This document shows, piece after piece, positions 39,120-51,726 of a DNA stretch of 64,000 nt (its first letter is position 1; the number at the start of each line of letters is the position of its first letter). The translations under genes were made by a program, and so were the position numbers. The notes under the pieces were generated by a model. The model saw only the letters and a list, made by a program, of their open reading frames with translations, was not told the origin of the DNA and ran no database searches. The stretch is taken from the NCBI GenBank assembly GCA_012295275.1, contig CM022677.1, forward strand, positions 7,936,001-8,000,000, read 5' to 3'. Origin of the DNA: Chrysomallon squamiferum (taxonomy: Eukaryota > Animalia > Mollusca).

Positions 39120-42100
39120 GAAATAGTGGCAGATAAAGAAAAGTTAATAAAATGACATGAATAATAAGAAGAAAACCTGAGAGTTTTAAGAGATGGACTG
39201 ACACAGTGAGAGAAATAATCATTTCCTACAGAATTACTTGACACATCCAAATATTCCTGTTTGCCAACAACATTTTGATCTAGAAACAAAACACTCAAGT
39301 TGTGTGTATTAGTAGTAAAAACTATTAACACAAATTGTTAACACTTATCTATTTGTTATGCAGTTAGTAGATGACACATTAATGTTTTAACAGTAGTAAT
39401 AGCAACAATGGTAGTATAATAACAGCAACAGAACTAGTAACACTGGTTGAGTAGTTGCCACAGCAGTAGTTGTAGTAGTAGTAATAGTAGTAACAGCAGC
39501 AGCAGAATTCATAGTTGTAGTATCAATACTAATAGTAGTAATAGTGGTAAAGTACTAGTAGCAGTAATAGTGGTAATAACTGTAATATCAGTAGTAACAG
39601 TACCAGTAATAGTAACAGTGGTAATAGTTGTAGTAGTAGTAGAAACAGTACTAGTTGTAGTTGTAGTGGTAATAGTTTGTAATAACCATACTATTAATAG
39701 TGGTAACTGCAGCAGTAACAGCAATAGTGATATCTGTGGTAGAATTAGCTTAGGTTGTATAGTACAAGTAGATACAATACAGAGAGGTAATAAATAACTG
39801 CAGACACCATAGTAGTAGAAGTAGAAGTAGTAGATGTAATAATAGTAGTAAAAATAATATAATTAATGTGTAGTGTAAGTAGCAACAGTAGAAATAGCAG
39901 TAACACACATAGTGGTAAATAGATATATAATAATAATTGGTAATCGATTTAGTGTGTTGAAAGTCACTGTTAGTAACTATTTTTTGTTAGTAGAATAATA
40001 CTAGTAATAGTGGTAGTAGCAGAAGTAGCAATATTAGTAGCTAAGTGACAATTACACATTAATTACATATACCACTACTAATAATAATAATAATAACAAT
40101 AACAGTGACAGTATAATAGTAATAATAATAATAATAATAACAATACCAAGAACAATAATAATAAGAAGAAGAAGAAGAAGAAGAAGATGAAGAACAATAA
40201 GAGAAAATAAGATTTTTTTCTCACAATTATACATATATAAATATAAAATAATTTCTTTTTATTGGTATAAAAGATTATTATTATTATTGTTATAAAACAT
40301 TTTATAATTAAGATTACTCACAGCACTCTCAGTGTCTGTTTTGTTGGTGGTGAGGCTAAGGAAGATCACTGTTGTGTTAGAACACATTGCCAAACACACA
40401 ACTCAGAAAGCCTGGGGTCCAGAACTGTTTACTGATAACTTTAGGTAAAAAAATAAATAAATAAACAAACATAAAGGTGTTAATAATTAATGAAAATATA
40501 GAATACTAAATTATTCACTAGGTTGTAATGTTAAATAATATAATGAAAAGGTTGATAATATTTAATGTGAATATTGTGTAATTCCATATGTTTATCTTCT
40601 AAATAAATTAAAAATACTAAGAAAATAAATAAATAAATAAATGATAGATACATACACAGACAGAGAGAAAACAGATTTATAAATAAATAAAAATAAATAA
40701 AATAAAAAATAATCAACTGTCTACCGTTTAGAGCATTATTGTAAATTAAAACTATAAATAAATTTAAAATAATTTAAATAACTGATTCTTAAGCAATTTA
40801 TGTTCAGAATTATGAAAAAAAGAGAACTTACAGAAAGATTATATATTTTTTTTTTTTCTTTGTTATACTTCAAAAATATTACAAACTTTGACAATAATTG
40901 TTAAAAAACATAAAGAAAAGAGAGGAAGAAAAAAGAAAGAAAACTAAAGAAATGATACATAAAGACACAGATTGACATACAGACGAACAGATAAGTAATT
41001 AGAGACATAGGTATATAGACAGGTATACACACAGACAAACAGAAGAAGAGAGAGACAGAAATAAAATAAATAAAAATATGGAGCAGGCAGAAAAGAAAAA
41101 AGACAGATATTTACAGACATATTTACCTGAACTTTTTTTTAAAGGTTTTTAACTGACTAAGTGGATGTGAGACTAAGTGATAAAGCTTGTGGCAGTTTAA
41201 GTCTTGGTCTGGCTGCTTTCAAAAAAACTCAGTCAAATCACATGATCTAACATTTTCTGTTTGCTTTATTTCTTAGACATTATTTTTACTGAAAAACCTC
41301 TGGCAATGGGTGGTGGTGTTTCTGGTTTCTTTTGTAGTGTGTCTGGATGTTTTTTGGCACAGTAGTTTGAGTTTTTAGTGGTTGGTGTGGTGGTATCAGT
41401 TTGTCTTGAGATTAATGCTGGTACTGGTGTTGTTGATGCCAACTGTTTCTTCTTCAGTTCTATGGAAATCAAAAAAAAAAAAAAATAGAAAGAAAAGAAA
41501 TTATATATAAGCAGACCTTAAAATTAAGAGAAAACATGTCTGTGAATATAAATACAACTGTCATAAAAAATGTATCCAAGTCATTGGAAACTATTTAAAA
41601 TACACTAATAGTAACAAACAAGTTATCAGAATAATACTGGTTCAAAAAAAATCACTAATAATAATAACTTTCAGACAACCCTATACCAGAGATATTACTA
41701 GGTAAAACACTGAAAAAAAAAGTCTACTCCCCATTGAATAAAAAGAAACATGAAGAAGAAATATAATAATAAAATGAATTGTAACTAGCTTGTAAAAAAA
41801 AATCAATTACAATAATAATAATAATAAATAAATAATAAAATAAAAGAATTTGAATTAGTAGAATGTAGAAAGATAACTAGAAAGATGGAGATGCAGTTAA
41901 GAGGTTGAATATATTCATACAATAAATGAATAAATAAATAAATAAATCAACACTATAGTTAAAATTATAATAATAATATAAATACATACATATACATACA
42001 ATAATAATACAAAATAAAAATTCTAATTCTTTAAATAAAATGAGCAGGTGAACAAAATTCAAACAAACAAAAAAATTCATTAAAATAAAAATTAAGAATT

Positions 42101-42607
42101 TAAAATATGAAGAAACAAAAAGAAAGAATAAAAATAACTATGTGCAGAAACTGAAAAATAATAAGTAAATTGTATATTTCAAAAATCTTGCTTATTAAAA
42201 TAACTGAAAATGAATACAGACAAGAGGAACAGTCAAGAAGAAAAACAAGATTGTGAAGAAACTACAATGTAGAAAAATAACAAGAAACAATAATCATGGT
42301 AAATAGGTTAAAAAAAAAATAAACAATAAAATAACTTTAAAGAAAACACAAAAATTAAACAAAAACAATATGAAGAAATATGAATAAACACAGGATAAGA
42401 AGAAACAAAAAGAAATACAGACACACACAAATACACATACATAAACACATATATATAGTTAAAATTATACATAAAACAAATAAATTAAATAAATAAATTA
42501 TAGATAAAGAGAGAAAAATAATAAAATGTCATAAAATAAAATATTACTGAAATAGTAACAAGATAATGAAATAACACAAATTACAGAGACCAAATTATTA
42601 TTATTAT

Positions 42608-42640
<33 letters not shown>

Positions 42641-43126
42641 AGTCAATATCAAATTTAAATAACAATAATCATAAGCATAATAATCTTCATAATAATAATA
42701 AATTATTCGAAAATTAGTTTTTTCCTGAAATATAGATGAGGTAATCTGGATTCTTCTTTATATTTGATAACAACAACTCTGTTAAACAGGCAGATGACAG
42801 TCAATTTAACAAACAACAATAATATAAACACATATCATTTTAGACGGTCAGTAGTCAAATATAAAAGAACTGTAATTAGCATGGACCAACAGGAACGACA
42901 ATAATCATAATGTGTGAAAAAAAAAAAAAAAAAAAAAAAAAAAAACATATAGTACAAAACGGGTACGAGATGGTATGACATCAAAGTTACCAAAAGAAAA
43001 GAAAATGAGTTTCTACCTTTGCAGCAATTTCTACTCAATAATAGACATCTACAAGCCATATTTCTCCAAATTATGGAGTACGTGTTTAAAAGTTTGTAAA
43101 CACTGATCGGGGTTCAACGCTGCCAT
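38342..43126 (-). pseudogene. Decayed six-exon leucine-rich-repeat gene (FBXL-like LRRs); exons 43126-43017, 41459-41127, 40438-40322, 39279-39177, 38787-38711, 38511-38342
   Basis: CAAGATGGCAGCG start context (MAALNPDQC...) and canonical AG/GT borders, with compatible phases for the last three exons. Peptides QEYLDVSSNSVGND, SLQELSLNSSCLT, LLSLKDVDIGNCPDLS and LAMCSNTTVIFLS. Stops and frameshifts present. Confidence 0.55.
39380..40200. repeat. Degenerate (TAG/TAA/GAA)n trinucleotide tract
   Basis: Direct reading; source of ORFs 39447, 39509 and 40052. Confidence 0.85.
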
Positions 43127-43500
43127 CTTGGATTTTGATCGGAGGTTTCCGTGAGCTCACGGAAGTTTTTAAATCTCCAAATTCAATTATTTTACGTCTA
43201 TTTTCTGAACTTTTTATGATTTAGACTGATAAAGATAAGGATGGCTATTCATATTACCAAACCATCATGTCACGTGCTACTTTTTCAACTTAAACCTTTC
43301 AAACTGGATTATTTTTGTGCAAAAGAGTGCTTAATAAACTAAAATTATAATTCGGTGAAAGATTAATTTTCGTATCTTTGCGGGATTGTCCTTGTTATTA
43401 TTTAGAGTTACTTCCCGTAGACCCAAAATCAAAGAATTTCCGAATTTCCACGTCAAATTATTTTGCAGAGTATCTGACATGCCAAACGATTAAAAGTGTG
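43100..43500 (-). promoter_or_regulatory. Promoter-like region of the LRR pseudogene (YY1-like AAGATGGC over the ATG, CACGTG E-box at about 43271, CpG-rich)
   Basis: gccatcttg at 43122-43130; gtcacgtg; CpG density rises sharply at about 42840. Confidence 0.4.
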
Positions 43501-44019
43501 CTTCCAGTCTTTTATTTGTTTCAGTTTTATTTGTTGAAATTAATGTTGAAAGGTGTATAAAGGCTATAATGTATAAACAAAACAAAAAACAATTACGTGA
43601 ATTCGTCCTTACATTGTTATTTCAGGCAGGCAGCATCACTAATTAAACTGTATTTCAGGATTGTCGCATAATTATGTATCTTAGAAATACTGTAATCAGT
43701 ACGAGTCTTAGTAAAACGTATGAACATGTACCTTGTAAAATTATCCTATTTTATATCTTCAGCACCCATCAGAGGCGTAGCCAGGTTTGAAAGTTAAGGA
43801 GAGAAAACACGCACCGAATATTAATAACAACAATAATAATAAATAAAATAAACTATATGACTGTTAGAGATATTCATTCAAGTAGGTAACGGTTAAAAAT
43901 CTGTATGAACAATAGAGTTGCCGTCGTTGCCGTCGGAAAGGATTTGTTCCTAATGCTCTAAGTGTACTTATCATTATTCTTTTACTCTTTTTATCAGCTA
44001 TTATTATTACCATCTCAGA

Positions 44020-44760
44020 GTGTACATCCTATATTAGAATATATTATTAATATGTCTATTAATGTCGCCTTCGCTACCAAGGTATGGGCGTTGTTTTCAA
44101 CGTTCGAAGTGAAAAAAGTTTAAGGAAATTCATTACTTAGTATTAACAATAAAATATTTGTTGATTTTATGATTATGATTACTGTTGTTGTGGTTGTTGT
44201 TGTTGTTGATGTTGTTGTTGTTTTTATTATTATTATTTCTATTATTATTATTATTTGTCAAATATTTTAATTTTTATCGTTCAAAACGATTATTTCAGTT
44301 TTGTACCCTTGATAATTATTTATGAGATATTTATGGAATTAGCTCTAATATGTATATGTATATATTGAAATAACAAAGGCGCGGGCTCTTCATGTTTAAA
44401 ATAATTCTTGATTCTCAGCGGGCGCATCACCTATTAAAATATATTATTGAAATTTCTGTTAATGTCGGTACGGGAGATGTTCCTGACATTATTGATGTAC
44501 TCCTTTTCGTTGTTTATTCGCTGTTATTCTTACTGTCTGACCGTGCCCGTCCTATATTAAAATATATCATTATTACCTTTATTAATGTCGTCGTCATAAC
44601 CGTTGTAACGGCGTTACTTCACCCTATTAGTTTGTCTTTTATTAAGTATTACAATTAGTGTCCATATCCTACATTAAAAAATATCATTACTATTTCTATT
44701 AATGAGGCCGTCATTGCCGTCGTTCCAGCATTGTTCTTAGCGTCTTGGTGTACACCTGAT
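44020..44760 (+). repeat. Degenerate repeat of about 120 bp (cctatattaaaatatat...tattaatgtcg...)
   Basis: Units at about 44025, 44430, 44550 and 44667. Confidence 0.65.
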
Positions 44761-45580
44761 TATTAGGCGGATGGGGAAACGGATCATTGAAAGACGACAT
44801 ATATATATATATATATGGAAACAGAGATAGACAGATAGATAGATAGATAGATATAAAATGAAAAAGGCTGATATGACCCAGTCTAACCTAATATCAGTCT
44901 AATCTCGCGCCCACTCAGTTTTTGCTTTATAATCTCATAGAGATTTAGACAGGATTATTAATTTGTACGTTTCTCGGTGTTCTTACATTCTGCTAGAACG
45001 CGAGAAGTCATAAATTATATTACACTATAGATTAAAATGATAGTTTCTAGTAAGAAATCGATTACAGAGAATACCTGTATTTTGGGAAATATAGAACATA
45101 CTTTCAATTTATTTAGGTTTTTTTTTAATTTTAATTATTATTATTAGTAGCAGTATTAGTATTGTTGTTGTTATTTCAGTGTTGTTGTTGTTGTTTTATT
45201 ATTATTTTTAGTAGTAGTAGTAGTAGTAGTAGTATTTATAAAAAAGTAGAAGAAAACTGAAATGATATTCCGTTATGTAAACAAAGCTATCACGTTTATT
45301 TTGTAAAACGAGCGCAGTTGTATTGTAAACAAGTAAAAATAAGATTTTACTTAAGGATACCGCTACTTACATTCATCATTTTACCAGACTCAGAACGATA
45401 TTTCATTAGCAACTTTCGAGGTTATAGTGAAAATATAATAACATGTGATATTAATGTTATATTCCGCATTGGAACTTATGCTGTGTTTACTACATTAAAG
45501 CAGAATAATTTGTACACAGCAAAAATAACGTAGTGTTTTTATCAAGACAATACACTATTTACATTGATGATTTTCGTTGC

Positions 45581-45611
<31 letters not shown>

Positions 45612-46208
45612 CTTTACGTCTCGCCTTGAAATTAAAAAGATGAATATCACTCCATATATATTTAATTATATACTAATATTTGAAAATTATAATATGAGCT
45701 TTTTAATAGAAAAAGAAAATCACAATTTAATTATCATTAGAAACTCAGGGCAGCTAAAAATTAATCCTGATTTTGTTAGTAACAGACAATTGGAATCTGG
45801 AAGGCCTCTTTATTTCTGAATTTCTCAGCTATCCTAGAATGAGATGATATTCAGTTAGTTAAATGACAAATTATACTGAAAATTACAGGTATGATTTCAC
45901 TGTGAACATTCAGAAATATAGATGGAGCTTCCGTGTTATAATATTTTATAAATAACAGTAACTTTGTATGTGACGTAAAAATATATCGAGAAATAAAGAG
46001 GGCGCATCTAGTGTGACATTTTATAAACAGCAGAAACATGTTTCACTGAAAAACTAGGATTAACTTTACACGGCGTTATGAAAACGTTTTAACGCTGCAA
46101 TCAGAATTTAAATTACATGCATTATTTTTCTCGACAGAGGTGTAGCTAATATTAACACATTGTTTTGGAAAATACAGCGGCTGTTCTTTTTTAATTAACA
46201 ACATTAGA

Positions 46209-46247
<39 letters not shown>

Positions 46248-47001
46248 CAAACTTTATGAATATAACCTGAGATACAGATACCAAACGTTCGTTTTGTATA
46301 ATAAAAGGTGTGATTTTACTGTACGTGAAACTTAAACGTTATATACATTACTCAAAATACTGATAATCACAGATAATCTACTAAATATTACTGACAATTA
46401 TAAATTATAAGTGTACATGGCGTTACGAAAATAAACTCTTAATTACCTGTAAAAAGAAGAAGGTGAGAATTAATTATCTGAAAAAAAGAAAAAGGTGAGA
46501 ATTAATTGCTGGTTGAGCGGTGATATTTCAATTAAGAATGTTGAGAAATGTTAATCTCATATTTTATTAATATCGTACAGGTTACATTTAAATATCTCAG
46601 AGTTAATTCCCTGGAATCACGATAGTGTGTACTGATTAGCTGAGAACAAGCAAGATGAACATGTTATTTTATTATGCGAAATTTAATGTTTTCATTACAT
46701 TTGTAAAGTCCTCCCTTTGAAATAGCTATGTAACAACAACATCACCAACAAGAACAACAACAATAATAGAACCTTAATACCGCGCCTTCTACCTTCTTTC
46801 TTACTTTCTTTCTTTCTTTATTTATTTCTGTAAAAACATTTTTGACGCTAATCTCTTAGTTTCATTAGAATTGTTTTTTGAGAGCGTATATAAAAATTAC
46901 TTCTAAATTGTTTTTAGGCCGCGTAACGTTATCATAGTTATTCTTAGTATATTGTTTCCGTCCAGTTAAAACCTAAATACTTCTTTATATAAAAAAAAGA
47001 G

Positions 47002-47049
<48 letters not shown>

Positions 47050-48695
47050 CTGATTTATTTATAATATAATTGAAGGAGAAATCGTGAACATTTTAGAAGC
47101 AGTGATTTTTAACTAAAGAGTATTGCTATTTACGCTGACCATTTTAACCATCGATATCAAATTAAGAACCAGTTTTATCACGTTTTTATACGGGATATTA
47201 AAATTAGATTAATTAGAGATTATCGGTCATATTATTGAATAATTATGGAATTTCATTTGGGATTATCTCACTTTACTCAGTGTTAAAAAAAAAAAAAAAA
47301 AAAATGAAGTGAAAAGAAAAAAATCACACTGAAAAGTGCATATTTAATTGTCAGTAATATCAAAACAATAGTAAATACAATCTTCATCTAGCACTTCACA
47401 TATATTCATGTTAATAATAAAATAACATAACATGAAAGACCATCATTATACTGTGAGAAGGACGCTAACTTGGAAAATAAAATAAAAATATCTGTTTTTC
47501 AAGATGTGTTGTATAGCTAATAAGATTACCCAAGAAATCCTAATTTTCACTGATAACAGTACATGGCATATTAAAAATAAAATTTTAATGACGTGAGTAT
47601 AATTTTAATATTAATATTTCGTGTAAAGAACATACTGATATTTAGATGTGGAGTGGATATATAAAGCTTCTATCTTATTTTAACTTTAGAAAATTATTCA
47701 GAATCTGAAATGATCAAATTATAACGTTTATAATAAAATGCACACAAGGTTAAAAACCCAACAACATTCTGGCTTTTTCCTGACACTCTGTAGAAACTGA
47801 TAAAGTTCCTCACATATTACAATCAGTCGTAGAGAACTCAATAAAATACCACGTTAATATATTTGTCATTGTATATTTGCCATTGTAGGGCCCTGGATGT
47901 AGAATAAATGGTGCTAAAATGAATTCTACGGTCGCGGGATTTGTTGTTAATATATCTTCACTGTATCTCTGTGAAGTAGAAAAATTTGTATAAATGGTGC
48001 TAAAATGAATTCTAGATCGCCGGATCTTTCTAATTAAATTCCCTTGTACCTGGTTGACAGTGTGTTCAGTCAGAAGATAAGAACAAACTACTTCTGTACA
48101 ACTAAGTTTTAACGCTCTGGTGTAAGTCTATCCTTACGTCTGTTTGTCTAACTCTCTTATGTTAATTTGTATATGTTAATACAAAGAACTATTCAATATA
48201 AAAACAGCATAACATTTTTATTCAAATTACAGAACTACATCAATTGTGTCCATAATTCAGTTCCACGATTCATTTTGAACGCAAAACGTACAATAATGAC
48301 AATAACGGAGACTACAATTGTTACAAAATGTACAAGAAATTAAATATTCAAAGAGAAGTATATACATGAGAGAACAACGAAACACAGAATAAGTAAAAAA
48401 AATAAAGAAACAAAATAGTAAATAAATAAATAAAGAAAGAAATGATGAAAAAAATGAAGAAGGTGATTTATTTTGAATAATATTTCCGTTGATTCTCGCA
48501 AAAGTTCTCCGTTGTGGTCGGATGACTCTTTTGGGCGATTTGACTGATTTCAGGGTGCCATCCTTCCAAGTGGTTATTTTTTCGGTAACACCAAAATTGA
48601 TCTCAAGGAAATGTTTCCTTCGTAATCTGTGGTAAATCTGTAATTCATTTCTGTCATTTAGCAAACAGTATTTAGTTTATTATCACTATTTGTGA

Positions 48696-48741
<46 letters not shown>

Positions 48742-50759
48742 TTCATTATCAATATTTTTTTCATTAATTAGCTTTAGGAATGATAAAACAGACTGAATCA
48801 CAAAAATTCACGGATAACATGTTTTAATTTGGTTGCAAAATGTAATAATTTAAAATTATTTCTTTTCTTTCCCCAGCTTCACCAGGCGGCCTTGACCTCT
48901 CTGAAATGGGAGATAATCGAGCTGAACAACAGGTTAGCACAAGTAATAGCCGACAGTGATCATTTAGAAAAATAACTGACTAAATGTCAGGTTAGAAATT
49001 TCGTTTTTTTTAATATTATTATTTTTTTTTTATCCTAGCATTGGCCTGAAATTAATGTTATTATTCTGGTAACAGTAATAAGAATATAGCCTGACTAGAA
49101 AATAACATGTTTGGCTATAACTCTTGGTGATGACTTAAAGCTACTCAGGCTAGCTTTCTGGAAAGACTTTAGAAACATTTACGTTAATCTGATGACCAAA
49201 TTTAAATTTAAAAAGTTTCAATTATTGTATATTTACTTTCTGCCTTATTTGGTTATTTATGTATTTATTTGATTATTTATTGATGATGTTTTCTTAAGCA
49301 GACACTAAAACAAAGAATACATAGGTTCAATAAATACAATATATACACATTCAAATTCATAAAAAAAATGTCTTGTGATTTTGAATACTAAGAGAATTTA
49401 GTCTGTATGTTTTAAATTTACTAATACACAGTTATATCCAAAAACCATTCAAAACTTCAAATATTTTAGTGATTCTAAATATTTTGACATTTTATTATTT
49501 TTAATTTACAAGTTTACTAATATACATATATAAATATATAATGTTTCTAATGTGATTTTAAATATTTTTATTTTTTATTTTATAATAGCATATTCCATTC
49601 TTATGTGCTATTATTATTATATTTTTAATCTAATTGTATAAAAGGATGTATGTACCGTTAATAAATATTTTTCTTTTATTATAATTATTAGTTTATTTTG
49701 ATTTTATAATTGCATTAATAAATAATTTTCTTATCCTGTCTGTTTAATTATTATTTTGTGTGTTTGTTACTGAAATCTGATTGTTTTTTGTCACTAAGAC
49801 TGAGAAGATTCACAGTCAGAAAGACTTCGATGACATAGTTGACCAGACGGCGGCACGCTACGAGGAATGCGTCACTGAACTGTAATGCGTCACTGAACTG
49901 TACAGCGTCATGAAGAAAACAGACAGACACCAGATTAATGTCATCAGGTCAGTGGTCTTTATTAAATAATATATAGTGTGAGTTTGCTGTTCTTCCCTGC
50001 TTTTAATGAATGATAAAAACAATAATATAATATATCGGGACACATAATGAAACATAGTTTTGGCTTGTCATTATGTATTGTAAAATAATACCATTTGTTT
50101 GCTGGTTTTTCACTGTTTTTAATGGAGGAGAAAAGATTCCTGAAAACCTGAAATTCCAGAAATATGTGAAGACATTTAACCATTGTTTTCTTTCATTGTA
50201 TGAGTCGTCAGTCATTCTTCAGATGTAAATCCACACCTTTAGCTTGGTGTTCTTCACTGTGTTTAATGAAAGACTAAGAAATAATTTCTAGGAATTTGTT
50301 GAAAATACCAAATTCCAGAAAGTGTAAAGACATTTGAACGTTTTTTTTTTTTTTTTTTCGTTTTTTTTTTTCTTTTCATTTCTGTGTAGAAAAGAAGATG
50401 ATCGGACAAAAGCAATGATGGAGGAAGTATCAGCGAGAATAATGCAAATGGCTCCCAGTCTGCTAGACATGGTAATCATTTACTTTTATATTTAGTTTTT
50501 GACTGTACAGTTTTGGCTGTTTTAGATAGATGTCCAATTGTTTTAAAAGTTTATTAATTTTAATTTTAATTTATTATATAAATAGCAACATATAATTTGT
50601 TGGATTTTTAAAATAATTTCTGCATTAAGTCTTTCTATGAAAGAGTAACAGTTAAATTGTTTGTAACTGCATGAAATTGTTATATTCATAAAAAAAAGTA
50701 CTGAAAAGTTGTTAGTAAATACACTTTTTTTTTAAAAGTTTATAGCGAAAATAATTAAA

Positions 50760-50893
50760 GGATAAATTATTACATGTTTTTTTACAGCTGAAAGAGTTAC
50801 AGAATAAATTGTTACATTTTTGTTACAGTTGAAAAAGTTACAGGATAAATTGTTACATTTTTGTTACAGTTGAAAGAGTTACAGGATAAATTA
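50760..50893 (+). repeat. About 40-bp tandem repeat (gttacattttgttacagttgaaaRagttacaggataaatt)
   Basis: About three units. Confidence 0.85.
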
Positions 50894-51203
50894 CCTCTGA
50901 CAGATTTGTCTTCTAGTCCCATGAACATACAAACTTCAACACCAACAAAGTCACAAGTGAATCCTAATACAGGAGAGAGGTATAAATAAATATTTGTTAT
51001 ATTGTCATTCATTTATGTTCCATGTAACTAAAGTAACTCTTAACACAGGAGACAGGTATAAATAAACATTTCTTATTTTATTTCTCATCTTTATTGCATT
51101 TGACTATAAGGGAATCAGTGGAGAAAGACTGTGTATATGTTGTGTGTTTTTTTTTATATATGGAATGTCGAGAAAATACAAAAAATGTATAATAAATATA
51201 AAT

Positions 51204-51290
<87 letters not shown>

Positions 51291-51294
<4 letters not shown>

Positions 51295-51726
51295 GTGTCC
51301 CAGAAGTCGCGCACCATATACATGTATTTAATATTTTATTTTTTTTAATATTTTTTATTATATTATATCCTTAATCAGACTTTTCCTGACAGATGGATTG
51401 GGCGAAGAGGTCCTGTGGAGTGGCCACCTCGATCACCAGATCTGTCACCTCTTGACTATTTTCTTTGGGGACATCTTACATCTGTTGTTTACCAGAATCG
51501 TCCACGAACTCTTAATGATTTGAAAGATGCAATAACAATTGAATGTCAAAAAATGAGTAGCGAAACCCTCAACAGAGTAAAAAACAGTTTTATAAAGGGA
51601 ATTGAAGTATGTATCAATGCAGAGGTCAAGCAATTTGAGCATTTGTTATGATTATTATTAATAACATTTTTATTCATATGTATCTAAATAAAAATCTTCA
51701 TGGTGCGTGACTTCTGGGACACCCTG
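51291..51726 (+). mobile_element. Tc1/mariner (rosa/DD41D-like) internally deleted element, 436 bp
   Basis: 27-bp TIRs CAGAGTGTCCCAGAAGTCGCGCACCAT / ATGGTGCGTGACTTCTGGGACACCCTG (2 mismatches) and TA flanks. Transposase C-terminus FPDRWIGRRGPVEWPPRSPDLSPLDYFLWGHL...QFEHLL*. Confidence 0.95.

Noticed and set aside
43769-43790. CAGAGGCGTAGCCAGG, resembling a DNA-transposon/MITE terminus
   Set aside because: No matching opposite end or TSD found.
48257-48664. 135-aa minus-strand ORF with a natural-looking first half
   Set aside because: No ATG or splice support, no recognisable family, and a low-complexity second half; at most an unassignable relic.
48973-48975. Shared TAA in both MCC copies as readthrough or a variant genetic code
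   Set aside because: The same copies carry frameshifts and broken splice sites, and TAA terminates P4HA normally; a shared ancestral mutation is simpler.
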